Shown one piece after another: positions 1 through 13,409 of a stretch of DNA of 64,000 nt. Numbering within the stretch: position 1 is the stretch's first letter; every line of letters starts with the position of its first letter. Made by a program: the position numbers and the translations under genes. Location of the stretch: assembly GCA_965178125.1 (NCBI GenBank), contig OZ237741.1, positions 124,001 through 188,000 of the forward strand, given 5' to 3'. The stretch comes from Bilabrum cf. latius. Its lineage: Eukaryota. The notes below the pieces were generated by a model, which saw nothing but the letters and a program-made list of their open reading frames with translations, did not search any database and was not told the origin of the DNA.

Positions 1-1
1 C

Positions 2-874
2 AACCCCGGTCTGCAGCTGGCCCTGGCTCCCAACCCGCGCGCCCGTGACGAGGCCATCGACAGGGCCAACATGTATCCTGGGAGGGCCCTCCCCGCCCAC
101 CTGCAGTTCAACGCGGCGCTGGAGGGGGAGCAGGAAGGCCCGCAGACTGGTTTCACCGACTGGGACGCATGGAACGACGACGCCCCTGGCTCGGCCCGCC
201 GCATGGAGGAGGTGTCGGGCGCGCTCCAGGACGCCCTCGGGGATGGAGGCTTGCCCAAGGCAGTGCTGCCCAAGGGGCTGGAGGACGGTGCGCCCGCCGA
301 GCTGCGAGACGCTGCCCGGGTGCTGGACCAGAACCACATGATGTCTGGGCCGCACAAGGCCGAGGTGATGCAGCACTACGGTGACCTGCTGGGGCGGTTC
401 CGGGGCAAGCACAAGGACGACGGGGACGGGGGCGCTGGTGCCATCGAGCTGGAGGACCACGAGTTCGCTGACCAGCAGGTGGAGTCCTGGCTCGGGGAGC
501 AGAAGGGTGACCTGCAGGAGAGCTGGCACGGGGGTGGCGTGGTGGACCGGGGGGGGATGGGCACGGCGGCCAGCACGGACCACGCGTTTAGGGAGGAGGC
601 TAGGAGCAGCGCCATGTGGGAGGACCCGGACAAGGACCGCGTGTTCCCCACGGCCTCTGACGTGGTGCGGCTGGGTGCCTCGGAGGGGCGGCAGGAGCTG
701 GACGCGGGCTTGGAGGGGACTGCTGGGTCTGCGGCCGGGACGGGTGGCCTGGGGCCCAGCTCTTACGCCAGGTTGCTGTCCCAGCTGAAAGGCAAGGGCA
801 ACCGGGACGCGATCGAGGCGGCGGCAGGGGCAGTGCAGGAGGGGCTGGTGCGAGGGGACGGGAGCAGGCAGTGA
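2..874 (+). CDS. 3' part of an unknown acidic/Gly-rich protein (truncated at window start)
   Basis: Frame open from base 2 to TGA at 872-874 with GC3-rich coding-like codons, followed by an AT-richer intergenic stretch. No recognisable domain. Confidence 0.6.
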   Translation, partial: NPGLQLALAPNPRARDEAIDRANMYPGRALPAHLQFNAALEGEQEGPQTGFTDWDAWNDDAPGSARRMEEVSGALQDALGDGGLPKAVLPKGLEDGAPAELRDAARVLDQNHMMSGPHKAEVMQHYGDLLGRFRGKHKDDGDGGAGAIELEDHEFADQQVESWLGEQKGDLQESWHGGGVVDRGGMGTAASTDHAFREEARSSAMWEDPDKDRVFPTASDVVRLGASEGRQELDAGLEGTAGSAAGTGGLGPSSYARLLSQLKGKGNRDAIEAAAGAVQEGLVRGDGSRQ

Positions 875-1146
875 CCGAGTAGGGGGGATGGCAGGCCGAC
901 AAGAGGGTTGTCATGTGCAAGCAGTGGAGGCGGCCGTGGGCTGGTCCAACAGCTGATTTGGAATGCAGTGAATAGATACAGACAATTCCACGATAAATTG
1001 CCGAAGAATTGCTCCGACTCAGCACGCTCGACTGCACTTCGGTAGGCGGTTGCAACCTCGTTTTCACGACGGTTTGAGCACTATCGATAAATACTGCAAA
1101 GATTCGAAACTCTGGGACTGATAAGACCGCGCATCCCAGAAATCCG

Positions 1147-4100
1147 ATGTAGGGTATTTAGACACGACATCACGGTGAGTTTTCTGCAGCCCAAACCCTT
1201 GCTGTACCGGTGCTCTGGCGTTTCGAAATGAATGTCGCTCTACCTTTGTTCTGCATATCGCCGCCCGTTTGTTCGTTTCATGCTTGGTAAATTCGGCTGT
1301 CAAATGTATTGCTCTTTTAGAGGTTTTCCATCCCGTTGCAGAGCTGGAGGATGACATAGATGACCAGGACTTGAATCGTGATAGCGCCGAGTTTACATCG
1401 ACGGCAACAGATCATATTCTACACAATGGCACGGACGGAGTCAGCAGCAATGCGGACATTATTGATGTTCACATGGACAGTCTTATCCCCAAAGGGGTAA
1501 CACCACCCAGAGTAGCTCGGAGACGGCCGCCTGCGCAAGGGAGAGGCATTGAGAACGCCCCCCCAGCACGATTGGATGCAGCGCCAAGCATGCACGAGCG
1601 GCGAGCGAGAAAAGACGTGGGTCCCCGCCAGGCTCTGCGATCTCCAACGGGAGGATTGCGTGTTCCCTCCCTCGTGCCAGGCAAGGAGCGGCCCGGCGGG
1701 CGTCTCAGCATTGCGGACCTCGAGCGGAATCGTCACGAGGTGAGCAGGGACTTTTGTGTGCGCGCGTGCGCCGTTTGTCGGTCGCCCAGCAGATGGGCGC
1801 CACCCCAATTGAGCCTCTGGAGCGCCAAGCGCCTCCTGCCTCCACCGCAATGCACCTCGAAGCATGTCAACTCGCTACGTTCGCACTGCACTGCACTGCA
1901 CTGCACTGAACCCTCGCAGAGATCCGCGCACGCCGCCCAGCAGTCCAAGACGGAGACCGAGCACCGGAGGCAGCAGCGGGCCAGGGCCAGGGAACTGAGG
2001 AGGCAGGCACTGCAGTACGGGGCCGCGCGCTCGCAGCAGCAGCGCCGCGCCTACCAGCGGAAACAGGCCATGCGGCAGGCCATGGAAGCACAGGCCAGGG
2101 CGGCCCTGGGCCAGAGTGCCGTGATGCCAGAGGTGGCTCTGCATGCCCATGCCCATGACCATGACCATGACCATGACCATGACCATGCTGAAGGCGGGAA
2201 TGCCAGCGATCATCACGATGCGCTGGGACCTAATCATCGGGACCACCGTGGGCATGGGCACACGCCACCACGGGTGCGAGCATCCGACCAGGCGCCAGGG
2301 AACAACGAGGGCAGCCCTGATCGCGGGTCTGTCAGCAGAGCCACCTCGCGGCAGACAACCCCGGGGAAGCCTGTACACGGGCTTGGCACGATAGGAGGGG
2401 GGGGCACGGGGGGCAGCATTGACGGCGCACCAGGTCCCCTGGAGCACACGCTTGGGCACCCGCACGCGAGGGGCTTGCAGGTGAGGCATGGTGCGAGCGG
2501 TGTCGACACGAGTAGACCCGCCGAGCAGGAGGGCGAGGAGGGGCAGGAGCCCCTCCCCCTCCTTGCGACTATGCGGCCGTCTGCGTCCTCTTTCGCACCG
2601 TCATCGGCTGTGGAGGCAGAGGCAGCGAGCGCCGCGGTGGGACAGGCTCTCCGTGGACTGGCTGCCACCGCGAGACCCCGAGATGGGGGCAGGCAGGGAA
2701 GTGCCAGCAGTAGTCGGGGCAGGGGCCGGGGCAGATCCCACACGATGCACCCTACGAGGCTCGCAAGGGGCCCGCACACCACCAGCACTGGCAGCCTGGG
2801 GAGGAGGTCGGCGGGGCGCCGCAGCTCGGGCGGCAGGCGGGGCAGCATTCCAGACGTGCGGTCCTCTGTTGACCTCGCCGAGGCCCCCGCTGGAGCGGGC
2901 CACATCCGGATCCAGCTGCAGCCCGTGGGGCTGGGTGGGACACTGGACCCGCCTGCTCCGCTCGCCGACGAGGAACTCGACAGGCTGCTGGCGGAGGCTG
3001 GCATGGGCATGGGGCCAGAGACAGACAAGAAGGGCCCCGGCGGGGGCAGGAGGGGTCCTCAAGTGGCGGCCAGCAGCTTGCTGGGGGCACCGGGCAAGGG
3101 AGGCGGCAGCGGCGCGACCGCCGGATCCTCGGGATCTGCGGTGGCTGCGGGGAGTCGAGGTGGTGCATCCGAGGCCAGTGGGGGAGGCGACAGCGGCGGG
3201 TACAGCGACGAGGAATTCGAAGCGGAGGAGGACGGCGGAGGAACTGCGGGGGGTGCTGGTGGCGCCGATGCTACCGCTACCTCTGCTGTTACTGCACGTG
3301 ATCGTGATCGTGGACTCGCTGCGACAGGTGCTCGTGAATCCAAGGAGCAGGAGGAGGATAAGCAGGGCAGCGAAGATACGACCGGCGGTGCGCCCGGACC
3401 ATCCGCTGGTCGGCCCAAGCCCGAACCAAGATCAAGGTCGAGGGCAAAGCCCAGACCAAAGGTCAGGATCCGCGCGACTGGTGGCAACCGGGCCCTCGGC
3501 TCGCCCAGCCAATCGCAGCGAGCCCCCGCCACCCCCGCCACCCCCGCCACCCCAGGGAGCCGGCTCACTGCCGGAGAGAGGCTCCGGGGCGCCCCTCTCA
3601 AGGCATACATGGAGGCCAAGCGCAAGCAGCTCGCCAGGGAACAGCACCAGAAGAAGGCCAAAGAGGCGAAGGACAGGCGGAAGCGGGAGCTGGCTCTCAG
3701 GAAGCTGCGGGAGGAGGCCCTCAAGCGGGCACCGGCTGCCCCCGTACCGAAGCCAGCCACCAGGACCAGGGCACCGAGGGCTGCGGGCAAGGGCAAGGGG
3801 AAGCGGCCGGGGCGCAGGCGGAGGGCCAGCGGGAGCGGCAAGGGCACGACAGCCGGCACGAGGCCTCGCAGCCGTGCCGCCCGGGGGCGCCAAACCCGGG
3901 GGTTTCCACATGAGGAGGGCAAGCAGGGCGACTCCCCGAGACCTTCTTCTGGTGCATCGCATGCAGGTGCAGGTGTGGCTGCCCCTCCTGCCAGCGAGGA
4001 GGCCCTGGGAGCTGACCTAGACCTTGGCATGCAGGCAGGTGCTCCTCGTCTCGCTACCCCTCCAGACACGCCCGGCCGGGACCTCCCCTCTGAGGAGGTG

Positions 4101-7100
4101 GCAGGCTTGGAGGATGGGAAGGGAGATGCAGGGGGAGAGGGGGGATAGCGCGACGACAGCGCGAGTCGAGAAGGTGCTGAATCCGGTGCAGGCAAGGAGG
4201 TAGACCAGACAGAGGAGCAGTCGGACGCTGCAGATCACAGCGACCCTGAGCTCCGCAGGGGCAGCGAGGTTATCCGCAGGGCGGCCGCTGCACTCCGACA
4301 GGCGCACGAAGATGCGGCTTCCGTAGGCAGCCGTAGCCGAGGCAGCCGGTAGGACGAATCGGGGCCCATTAGGGCCGGTGAGGACAGCCCTGACCGGTCT
4401 GGGTCCAGCTAGTCTAGCGGCGTGGGTGCCAGCCAGGAGTCTCCTGGGCGCCGTGAAGTGGCATCACTGGGCGGGGTCAGCCGGCGTAGCAGCGTGTACT
4501 CTGTGGTATCAGAGTCCGAGGCCCGCGCGGGTCGACCGGACACACCTGTAGGAACAGGTGCGGATGCATCTGATGCTCTAGAGGACGGCGGCAGTGCTTA
4601 GGACGATGATAATGATTATGATGAGGATGATCGGGCGGACCGCGGCAGCATGCAGGAAGAGAGCTTCCACAGTAGCAGAGATGGGGAGAATGACGACGAG
4701 GAAGAGGAAGAGGCCGATCAGGAACAGCAGGATCGGCCAACTGACCCCTACCGCTCCTCATCCCCCTCCTATGCGGGCCACTCCCCCAGCCCTAGCCCCA
4801 GCCCGCGCACCGAGGCCCGCGAGGCCTCAATTGCAGCCCTGCGTGCCCGCGGAGACGCTCTGCTACTGGGCTAGACCGGTCCGCTGGGCAGAGCCGTGTC
4901 GGGGGACGAGTCGAGTGAGCTGTAGGGGCAGGGCACGTCCACGGATGCCAGCTGGCGGGACCAGGAAGCCACCACCACGGATGCGTCAACCGCCACACCA
5001 GGTCGGGAGGCAGTAGGCAGGCTCGCCAGCGAGGACCAGGAGCATGAGCCGGAGGACCAGGAGCGAGAGGCTCGGCTCAACCGCAGCAGTGCCAGCCAGG
5101 GCCAGGGCCAGGCGCAGAGAGATAGCCGGGTTGTTCCCTTGCCTCGTGCCTCGATGGAGTCCGGACTGTCCATGCAGGGCGGTGACGAGTCTTCAAGCGT
5201 CGGCGAGCAGCAGGAGCGGGGGCAGCTGGACGAGAGCCGCAGCACGATGGACACCATGGAGGGACTCGGCCCCGAGGAGGCGGCGGCAGCTCGCCGGGCG
5301 GAGCGGGAGTTCGAAGAAGCCAAGGAGGCTCTATTGCGGGCGAGGGAGGCTAGCAGTGGCAGGCGCCGAGGTGGTGACCGTGGGGGCGGCGATGAGGGCG
5401 GGCGGTAGAACGATGCAGATGCACCCAGCGGCGTGATGGGTCCGAGGTCGGCTCATGGGATGCGCCGCAGAGTCGACGAAGAGGAAGAGGACGACGAGGC
5501 TGAGGACGGCATGCAGGCCCTGAGTGGCGGTGGTGGGCCCAGCAGCCTCGCCGCAGTGGATCGCTTGAAGCAGGACGTGGAGAGGATGAAGAGCACACTG
5601 CGGGGGAGCGACCGAGCGGAGGAAGCATGGCGGGAACGGGCTGCAATTGATGCGCACACCGACACTGCCCGCGATGACTCACAGATGGAGGGTCGAGGCA
5701 GGCCGCCCATGTCCAAGGAGAAGGCCCGTCTCGAGGAGGTGCTGGCACATGCACGGGCCGTAGCGGAGAAGGCAGCGGCAGACGCGGCTGCGAGCTAGTC
5801 CCGAATCGACCAGATGAAGCAGAGGGGGGCGAGGAGGAGGGCCCGGCTGCTTTCAGGGAACAACGACGGGGGCCAGGCCGCGCGCTCCCCCTCGTCCTCG
5901 ATCGGGGGGGGTGGCCCCGGTGCATCGACTCGCAGCAGGCCACCGAGTGGGGGATCCACGCCTGCGGGGAGTCCACTGAGGCAGGCTGCCGACGCAGATG
6001 GCATTGCACTGCGGCACGACCGCTCCAGGAGCAGGGGTTCCTCGGTCGGGTCCAATGAATAGGACGGGGAGGCCAATTCGCCGGGCGGGCGGAAGAGGCT
6101 GCCGGTGGGCGGTGTGGAGGAGGGTCTGGAGGCCTACTTGGGCGACGAGGGCGCGCTTGATGGTGCTGGGCACGAGGGCGAGGACGAGGGGGAGGACTCG
6201 GCGGAGAGCGACGGCATGTGGAGCGACAGGGAGCCTGCCGAGATGTCAGGGGGCTCACCGGGGCGGGCTCTCACCATGGGCCGGTCGCCCCATGGAACCG
6301 GCAGCATCGGGGCAGGATCTCCGCCGCGCTCCGGAGGAGATCGGTTGACGGAATCGCAGCAGTTGCGGAGGAAGCTGGACGATGGGAACAGCATCTTGGC
6401 GAGGGTTCGTGCGGGCGAGTTTGGCGCGTTGAGCGGGCTGCGAGAGAGGCTGCGGGAGGAGGACATGGAGCGGGAAGAGAAGGAGAAGGAGAAGCAGAGG
6501 GAAAGTGGAGAGAGAGAGGAGGAGCAATCGGATGCTTCGATACCGAGAGACGGACAGCCCTTGGATGCTGATGATACTGGCAAGCGTGACCGCACTGATG
6601 ATGCCGATGGCACGCAGGCAGCACCGGAGCAAACAGAGCTCGGCAAGGCATCTCCGACAAGCCGCGGCGGTGCAGCACCTGCCTCTGGCATTGAGCGGCT
6701 CCCTGACGCAGAAGACGACTTAGAGCAACGTGAGGATGGCGCGGCAGACGTGCAGCAGAGTGCCAGTCTTGAGAATGATGGCGAGCAGAGAGCGGCCATG
6801 GTTCCATCCACGGCTGCAGAGTCAGAGTCACGGTCGCAGGCAGAGCCACTGGCAGCCGGTGGGCATGAAGCAGAGGGCGGGTTCGCCCTCAGCCCCGAGT
6901 CCTCCGCAGCGCTGCCCATCGACACCAAGGCGAGGGCCGAGGTGGCTGTGAGGCTGTGGGAAAGGGAGGAGCAGGAGCAGGAGCAGTCCAAGCAACAATC
7001 ACAGCAGCAACCGCTGCAGCATGGCCAGATCCCAGACATTTCGCCCAAGGGCTCAGATGAGGCTGGTATTACCGGTGCTGAGCCGTCTTCTGCACTCTCG

Positions 7101-10100
7101 CGAGACGCCATGGCTCGCACCACTGCACACCACGATGCTGACGCCCCGACCACGGGCATCGGCGCGGAGGAGTCGCTGCCTGCGCCTCGAGAGCGCACGG
7201 CAGGCGAGCTTGCTGACGCATTGCGGGCCGCGGTGCAGGACCTGGAGATGGTGCGTGAGCGTGAGCTGGAGGTGGAGCGGGCCGTGGCAGAGGCGGATCG
7301 CTTGGAGCAGCAGGCCGCGGCCGATTTCCTGGAGCAGGCTCGACAAGAGGAGGTGCGGTAGGCAGAAGAGGCCCTGCGGATGCAGGCCATGAGGGAGGCA
7401 GCCGAGGAGGAGGTGGAGGCCAGGGCAGCCGCGCTGGCGATCGCCGCCGAGGAGGAGTACTCGGCCAAGGTCGCGGCAGAGCAGGCGAGGGCGGATGCAG
7501 CGGAGCAAGCGCTGAGGGAGCTCTCGACCAGAGACAGCGGGGCGCAGACGGCGCAGGAGCCCGTCAGGGCGGCAGCTGGCACGCAGATGGCCCCCGGCGA
7601 CCTCCCTGGTGTCGATGCCAGCGAGGGACAGGGACAGCAGGAGGGCGAGGAGCCTCCGGTGGCAGCAGCCGACGTGCTGGAGGCGGTGCGGGGGGCCATC
7701 GATGCAGTGGGACATCGGCAGCAGCAAGAGTCCGCGGCAGAGGCATCGGCCCGGCAGACTGCAGACCGCTTGGTGGCCGAGGCCGTGGGCCAGGCGGTGG
7801 CCAAAGGGGTGGCTGAAGCCGTGCGGGATGCCAGCAGGGAGGCGGCGGACGCGGCTGCGAGGGCCGTGGGTGAGGCAGCTGCGAGCGTGCTGGGCCACAG
7901 GGGGCCAGGGGCTGGCCCTGGTCTATCACACGGGCACGGGCACGGGCATGGGCATGGGCATGGGCACCTAGGAAGCAGCGGAAGGATCGTGGGGGTTCAG
8001 ACACATCCTCCGGTGGCTGGTGGCAGCGGGCACAGCGGGGAAATAGAGGAGCTGCGACAGGGACTTCGGCCCCAGGCCAGTGTGGGCAGCCTGGGGCAGC
8101 TGACCTCGGCTCCGTCCATGTACACGATGGACTTTGACGAGGAGGACGAGGAGGACGAGCACGATGAGGGGGGTGGCGACGGTGAGAGCGAGGAGCACTC
8201 TCCCCAGCAGAGGGCGCAGGGTAGGCCCGCGGCTCTGTCCGAGTCCGCGGGCCGCACACCCCGCAGCGTGTCGTTCGCCCGTGGTGGGCAGGAGGGCGGC
8301 GGGCGTGGGTCTGCGGGGAGCGGCGTGTTCGAGATCGACGACGAGGAAGGGGTGGTCACGTCGCCGCTGGGGCACAGCAGCGTGAGTGCTGGGGGGAGGC
8401 GGTTCGGCGGGCAGCAGCAGGACGACGACGACGGCAGCATCGCAGAGGAGGAGGACGCCGCGGCGCATGCCTCAGGTGCCTCTCTGCAGCACAGGCGAGG
8501 CGCGCTGGGCAGGCAGGACTCGCTGGCCTCCATCCCTGAAGAAGAGGACGCCACCAGCGGTCGGCATGGTGGTGCTCCGGGCGCAGTCGCTGGCAAGGCA
8601 GACGAGATCGAGGACGAGGAGGAGCAGGCAGCGGCGGTGGCTGCAATCTCCCCGCATCACTCGCGCCGATCGGGTGCTCCCCCCTCTGAATCCATGGCTG
8701 GCAGCACCAGCTCCTCCTCCATCGAGATGGACGCGAGTGTGGGCACTGGTGGGAGGTCAGGAGCACTGGGGCGGTCTGGCAGGGGGGAGACCTCGCAGGT
8801 GGACGAGACGTCGTACTCCTACACGGAGCCGGGGGACGCGGACGACACCAGGGGGCATGGCATGGGTATGTCTGTGTCAGAGCTGGCCAAGTCAATCGCG
8901 AGCGAGGGCGGGCCGGGAGCCGCTCGGAGGTACGACACGGGCCGCTCCGTGGCCACTGGATACACGGACGATTTCGAAGACGAAGACGAGGATGGGTCCA
9001 CCTCACGGAAGCAGCAGCAGCAGCGGCAGCATGATGCCTCTGGCCAGGGCCCTGGGAGCCTCTCCACCTCCCTCACCGACGTGGCATCGGAGCCTGATCC
9101 TCTAGACCACGGCGGGCGGGCTGCCTCGGGTGCGGGAGCCGCAGACGATCACGTGCTTCAGTTCCGCAGGGGACTGGCCTCCCGCCTGCGACGGGCCCTC
9201 GCTGTGCTGGACACCAGGGCAGCTGCACTGCGCTCGCAGTCCAAGCAGGGCCAGGGGCGTGGTGCCAGCGGTCCAATGCTCCGGGCTCGGCTGGCCCAGA
9301 TCGATGCACAGCGCGCGGAGGCCAAGGCATAGGCCTACAGGGAGCTGCACGCCTTCGTGGCGGAGATGAGGGGCGAGCAGGAGCAGGAACACGGAGGGGA
9401 TGGCAAGCATCTGGAGGAGTCAACGGGGCAGGAGGCCGACGTGATGCTCCGTGACCTGGCAAACCGAGCGGCTGGGAATCACCAACACCAGCAGCAGCAG
9501 GGGCAGCAGCATGCAGGGAATGCCGCCGCCCCGGCTGGTACAGCTTCGGAGCAGGCAGTTGCAGTGCTTGGGTCCTCCCTTCAGCTGACCAACCAGCTGC
9601 TGGGCCGGCTGGTCGCAGGGTTGGACGCAGGGGCGACTCAGGCGCAGAGGGCGGCGCAGCAGCAGCAGCAGCAGCAGCAGCAGGCTGACCGGCCATCCGA
9701 TCCCTCCGAGCATGGCGCGGCCTACACCGCCGTGGAGGAGGAGGAGGAGGGGGGCTCCAGCAAACACGGCGGGGAGGAGCTGCACAGCGCACATAGCGCG
9801 CACAGCGGGCAGACCTAGGGCGAGGGCAGCTCCAAGGATGGCGCTCCTCCCGGCTTGCGCGCCATGAGCTCTGCCCATAGCTTTGGCATGCACTCGCAGG
9901 GCAACGCGTCGGAGGGGACTGATGGATACCGGTTCGAGGGCCGTAGAGCCACTGAGCAAAACCCCGAGCACGGCGATGGCAGTCCTGGTGGGCCCCAGAT
10001 GGTTCGGGCTGACTCCATGCCTCTGCCGCTGAGCATGCTCCTCCCCGGGCCCGCGCATTCATCGGCAGAACTGCATCGATCCTCTGCTTCGTCGAGCAAG

Positions 10101-13100
10101 GGCGGGCACAAGGGCGATGACAGTGCATCCGATGGCAGCGGGTCAGGGTCGGGCGGCGTACATGTCGTCGCGGCTGGATCCAAGGAATCTGGCGGGTCCG
10201 CCTTCTCGGGGCAGCATTTCGACCATGGCTTTGACAGTGTCCACTCGCCCAAGTTGCATCCTGATCCGCAGCAGCACCTTGACGAGCCGCACGGTGATGC
10301 TGCCGATGAGCATCGGTCGGAGGTGCAAGAAGCCACTGGCTTGGTGGGTGCCGATGGCAGCAAGCTAATGAGCCACGGCCGGCTGTCCCAGAGCGCGAGC
10401 AGTCTGGGCAGCGAGAGCCAGGGCGGGTACGAGGACGAGAGCTTCGAGGAGGAGGGAGAGGGCTCGCTCTCTGCGTCGGGTGCGTCCAGGGCGGATGGCA
10501 AGCCGGCGAGCCAGGGCCAGCGCGAGGCAGAGGGCAGCAGAAACGACGAGGAGGAGGAGTCGATTCCCAGCGAGGAGTCCATCTCGGAGGAGAACGAGGA
10601 CGACGACGTATTGCATCGTGAACAGCAGCGTAAGCACCACGGCGACCAGCCTGGTGCAGCGGCCAGCATCGCCGGGCTCACCCAGCCGGATTCCTAGACA
10701 TCCGTTGTGGATGCCGAGCGGCGGGAGGCCGGTCGTGACCATGACCAGAACCAGAGCGAGGATCAAGACAAAGACGAGTCGAAGAGCCAGCAGCCAGATG
10801 GAGCCCAAGAGGCCCAAGAGGATCAGAAGCGGCAGCCTGGCGCGAACCTAGACCAGACAGGCGACGGCAAGCAAAGCGATGAGGTCGGCGGCCAGACTCA
10901 GGACGCAAACAGGGCTGCAGCTGCCAATGATCCCTCGGCTGAGCGAGCAGCAGGGGCCCATGCTGGAGATTCCACTCCCCAGCTCCGGTCGAGCTAGGGG
11001 GACATAGCCGGCGGCGCCGATGGCAAGCAGCCCTCCCCCTCGCCCTCGCCCGCCCCTGCAGCAGGTGATATGGCTGACCTTCTCGCCGCCTCGCTCATGG
11101 ACCAGGCCATCGAGGCGGCCGCGAGAGAGGCAATGGCGCGCCGGGAACAGCGATCCGGGGAACAAGAGGGCGACGGGACCGGGGCGGGTGACGATGGTGG
11201 CGTTGGCACCAGTGACAATGAGGCAAGGACGCAGGCGCAGGCGCACTCGCCCGATTCCATCGTCGAGGGCTTCGCGGCCCAGGCGCAGGCCCAGCTCGGC
11301 GATGATGCCATCGGTGATGCCGTGGCTCAACACCGACCCGCGGAGGTAGACACGGGCCGGCACTCGGCGGTAGGTTCGCTCAGCTCGCCCTCTAGTTCCC
11401 CGGGCCACAAGCACCTGCAGGGGACCCCGGCTACCTGGGGTCCCGAGGGCGAGGCAGCCGAGGTGGTGAGCGCGGCCGTCGATGAGGCCGGGGAGGAGGC
11501 CGGCATGAGCGGTCCTTCTCCCAGGCGAGCCTCCTCCCCGCGGTCTCCCACCAGCGCGGGCAGCGGCAGCAGCAGCCTATCCCCCCGATCTCCCAGGGCA
11601 AGGCCCGCGGAGGCGCCCTGGCACCACCAGGGCAAGCCTGCCTCCATCTCCCCCGGACCCAGCCCAGGGGACCGCGACAGGTCCGGGTCCGGGTCTCTCA
11701 GCCCGGGCTCATCCCATGCCCCCGCACCGGGGTCACCCAACGCGGGCCCTCTATCCCCGCGCAGCACCGGCACCCAGGACAGCGGCAGGACATCGCCCCG
11801 CACGTCCACCTCGGAGGACGGCGAAGGGGCCAGCACCGAGGACACCGACCCCGACGCTGATCTGTACGACTTCGATGATGCTCCCGCCGCGCATGCAGGG
11901 GGGAGCGGGGGGCACGCGGGAGCGCTGCCCCCGCTGGCCCCGCCCGCCCCTGGTGCCCAGGGAGCAGATGCGGGGGCCGATGAGCAGAGCACGGGCGCGG
12001 TGAATGCCGGTACCCGCGTGGCGATCGACCCCGCAGAGCGCATGGCAGCCACTCGTGAGGAGGCGGTGCAGACGTGGAGGCGGGAGGTGGGCCAGCACCT
12101 TGACAGGGCCCTCGCGGCCGCTCGGCTGGACCAGCCCCCGTCTCCTATGGAGGGGCAGGACGGTCGCGAGGCCGCCCTCCCTCTGCTCCTGGACGCGCAG
12201 GAGCCCCTCGGGCTGCAGGACTTTTTGGATGCAGAGAACAGGAGAAGGGAGGGGTCGACGGGAGAGACCGACGGGACGGCGGGGGATGAAGAGAACGGGG
12301 CGTGGTGGGTGCATTCTGGGGGCGAGGCCGCTACGATGCTGCGGAAGCTTTGGCACGATGCCGCGAGCATCTGGCTGAGGCAGGCTGCGGAGGCTGGCTC
12401 GGTGACCTTGATCGAGGTGGACGCGGCTCCCCGTGCTTCCGAGAGCGGGATGGAGGGAGAGGAGGACGAGACGGAGCTATCCCCGCGGCTGGCCCTGGTG
12501 GTCAGAGAGGACACCAGGGCACGGCTGGAGCAGTACCTAGTCAAGTATCACAGGGGCTGCGCGGGGCTGGGCCAGCCACTGGAGGCCGTGAATGCCGCTG
12601 CCAGAGTGAACGCGCTGAGCCGTCTGCAGGCCAAAGAGGACGTGAAGGAGTGGGACCCCGTGCGGCGTGAGGAGCACTGGGTGGTGGGCGACCTGGGGCT
12701 CGCGGTGCTCAACGGGGTGTTGGCCGAGCTGGCTGCTGATCTGACGGCGAGTCTCTCGGGTCCGGCGGGGAGTGCCGGAGGGGCAAGCGATGGTGTCGCG
12801 CCCGAGGACGGGTCTGGGGAGTCCAGGGGCGTGTTTGAAACCAGGGGGCAGTGCGCGCTGCGGATGCGGCCGGGCCAGCTGCTGCTGCATGCTCCCAGCG
12901 ATGTGCGGCAGCAGGCCCTGCTCCGCGCCGGGCCCAGGCGCCCCAGCGGAGTGGCGGAGAGCCAGGCCTCCCAGGACATGAGGGAGCAGGATGGCAGCCC
13001 AATCGCGCAGGGGCCTGGTGGAGAGGACCGGGCTGGTGCCGGTGCCGGTGTCAGCGCTGGATTGAGTGGGGGCGGGGGTGGGGGTGGCAGCAACCTGTCG

Positions 13101-13190
13101 TCCCTGGGGGACCTGCCCCCACTAGGGGGCCCGGGCGGGCCAGGCGGTGGTGCTGCCGAGGGCCGGGGGGGGCGGAGGGGCTCCATCTAA
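1147..13190 (+). CDS. Giant (~3900 aa) low-complexity/coiled-coil protein, CEP350/DUF4378-like; requires TAG=sense
   Basis: Eleven ORF-track pieces (1269-4148, 4650-4874, 5139-5408, 5433-5798, 5814-6062, 6105-7361, 7380-9332, 9357-9818, 9855-10697, 10707-10997, 11070-13190) share one frame. They are separated only by TAG (14 in total) and end at TAA 13188-13190. The motif 'LKAYMEAKRKQLAREQHQKKAKE' and the C-terminal 'EDVKEWDPVRREEHWVVGDLGLAVLNGVLAELAADL' resemble CEP350/DUF4378. The putative first exon 1147-1174 (ATG TAG GGT ATT TAG...) is inferred from splice phase. The CDS is well supported; the family call is tentative. Confidence 0.7.
1175..1320 (+). other. Putative spliceosomal intron (146 bp)
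   Basis: GTGAGT donor and CTTTTAG acceptor. A phase-1 join (CAC G|AG GTT) links ATG 1147 to the long frame. Confidence 0.5.
1740..1919 (+). other. Putative in-frame spliceosomal intron (180 bp) containing a (GCACT)n microsatellite
   Basis: GAG|GTGAGC ... CCCTCGCAG|AGA. Composition is unlike the flanking coding sequence; pentanucleotide repeat at ~1883-1908. Confidence 0.65.
2142..2186 (+). repeat. (CATGCC)2(CATGAC)5 hexamer repeat encoding HAHAHDHDHDHDHDH
   Basis: Read directly from the sequence. A similar His-Gly hexamer repeat lies at ~7929-7967. Confidence 0.9.
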
Positions 13191-13409
13191 AGCTAGCTAA
13201 AGTCCATCCAAGGTTGGCGTGAATGAAAACCGGTAAATGTTGTTCAAAATCCATGGCAAACTGTTGTACTACATGCAAATCGTTGGTTGTAGAGCTACCA
13301 CAAGCGGTCGCGTTTCCCAGACCAAATCGAGCTATCGAAACGACCCTACGGTGGCCTCACGTAGACGATCGATCCATGAAAATGACCAGTTCCCTCGATG
13401 CCGACTGTC

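Noticed and set aside
13188-13190. Ciliate-type code with both UAA and UAG = Gln
   Set aside because: No in-frame TAA was found in any coding region. TAA ends TLK right after the conserved 'DPYL' terminus, and also ends TDP1 and the giant ORF ahead of AT-richer intergenic DNA.
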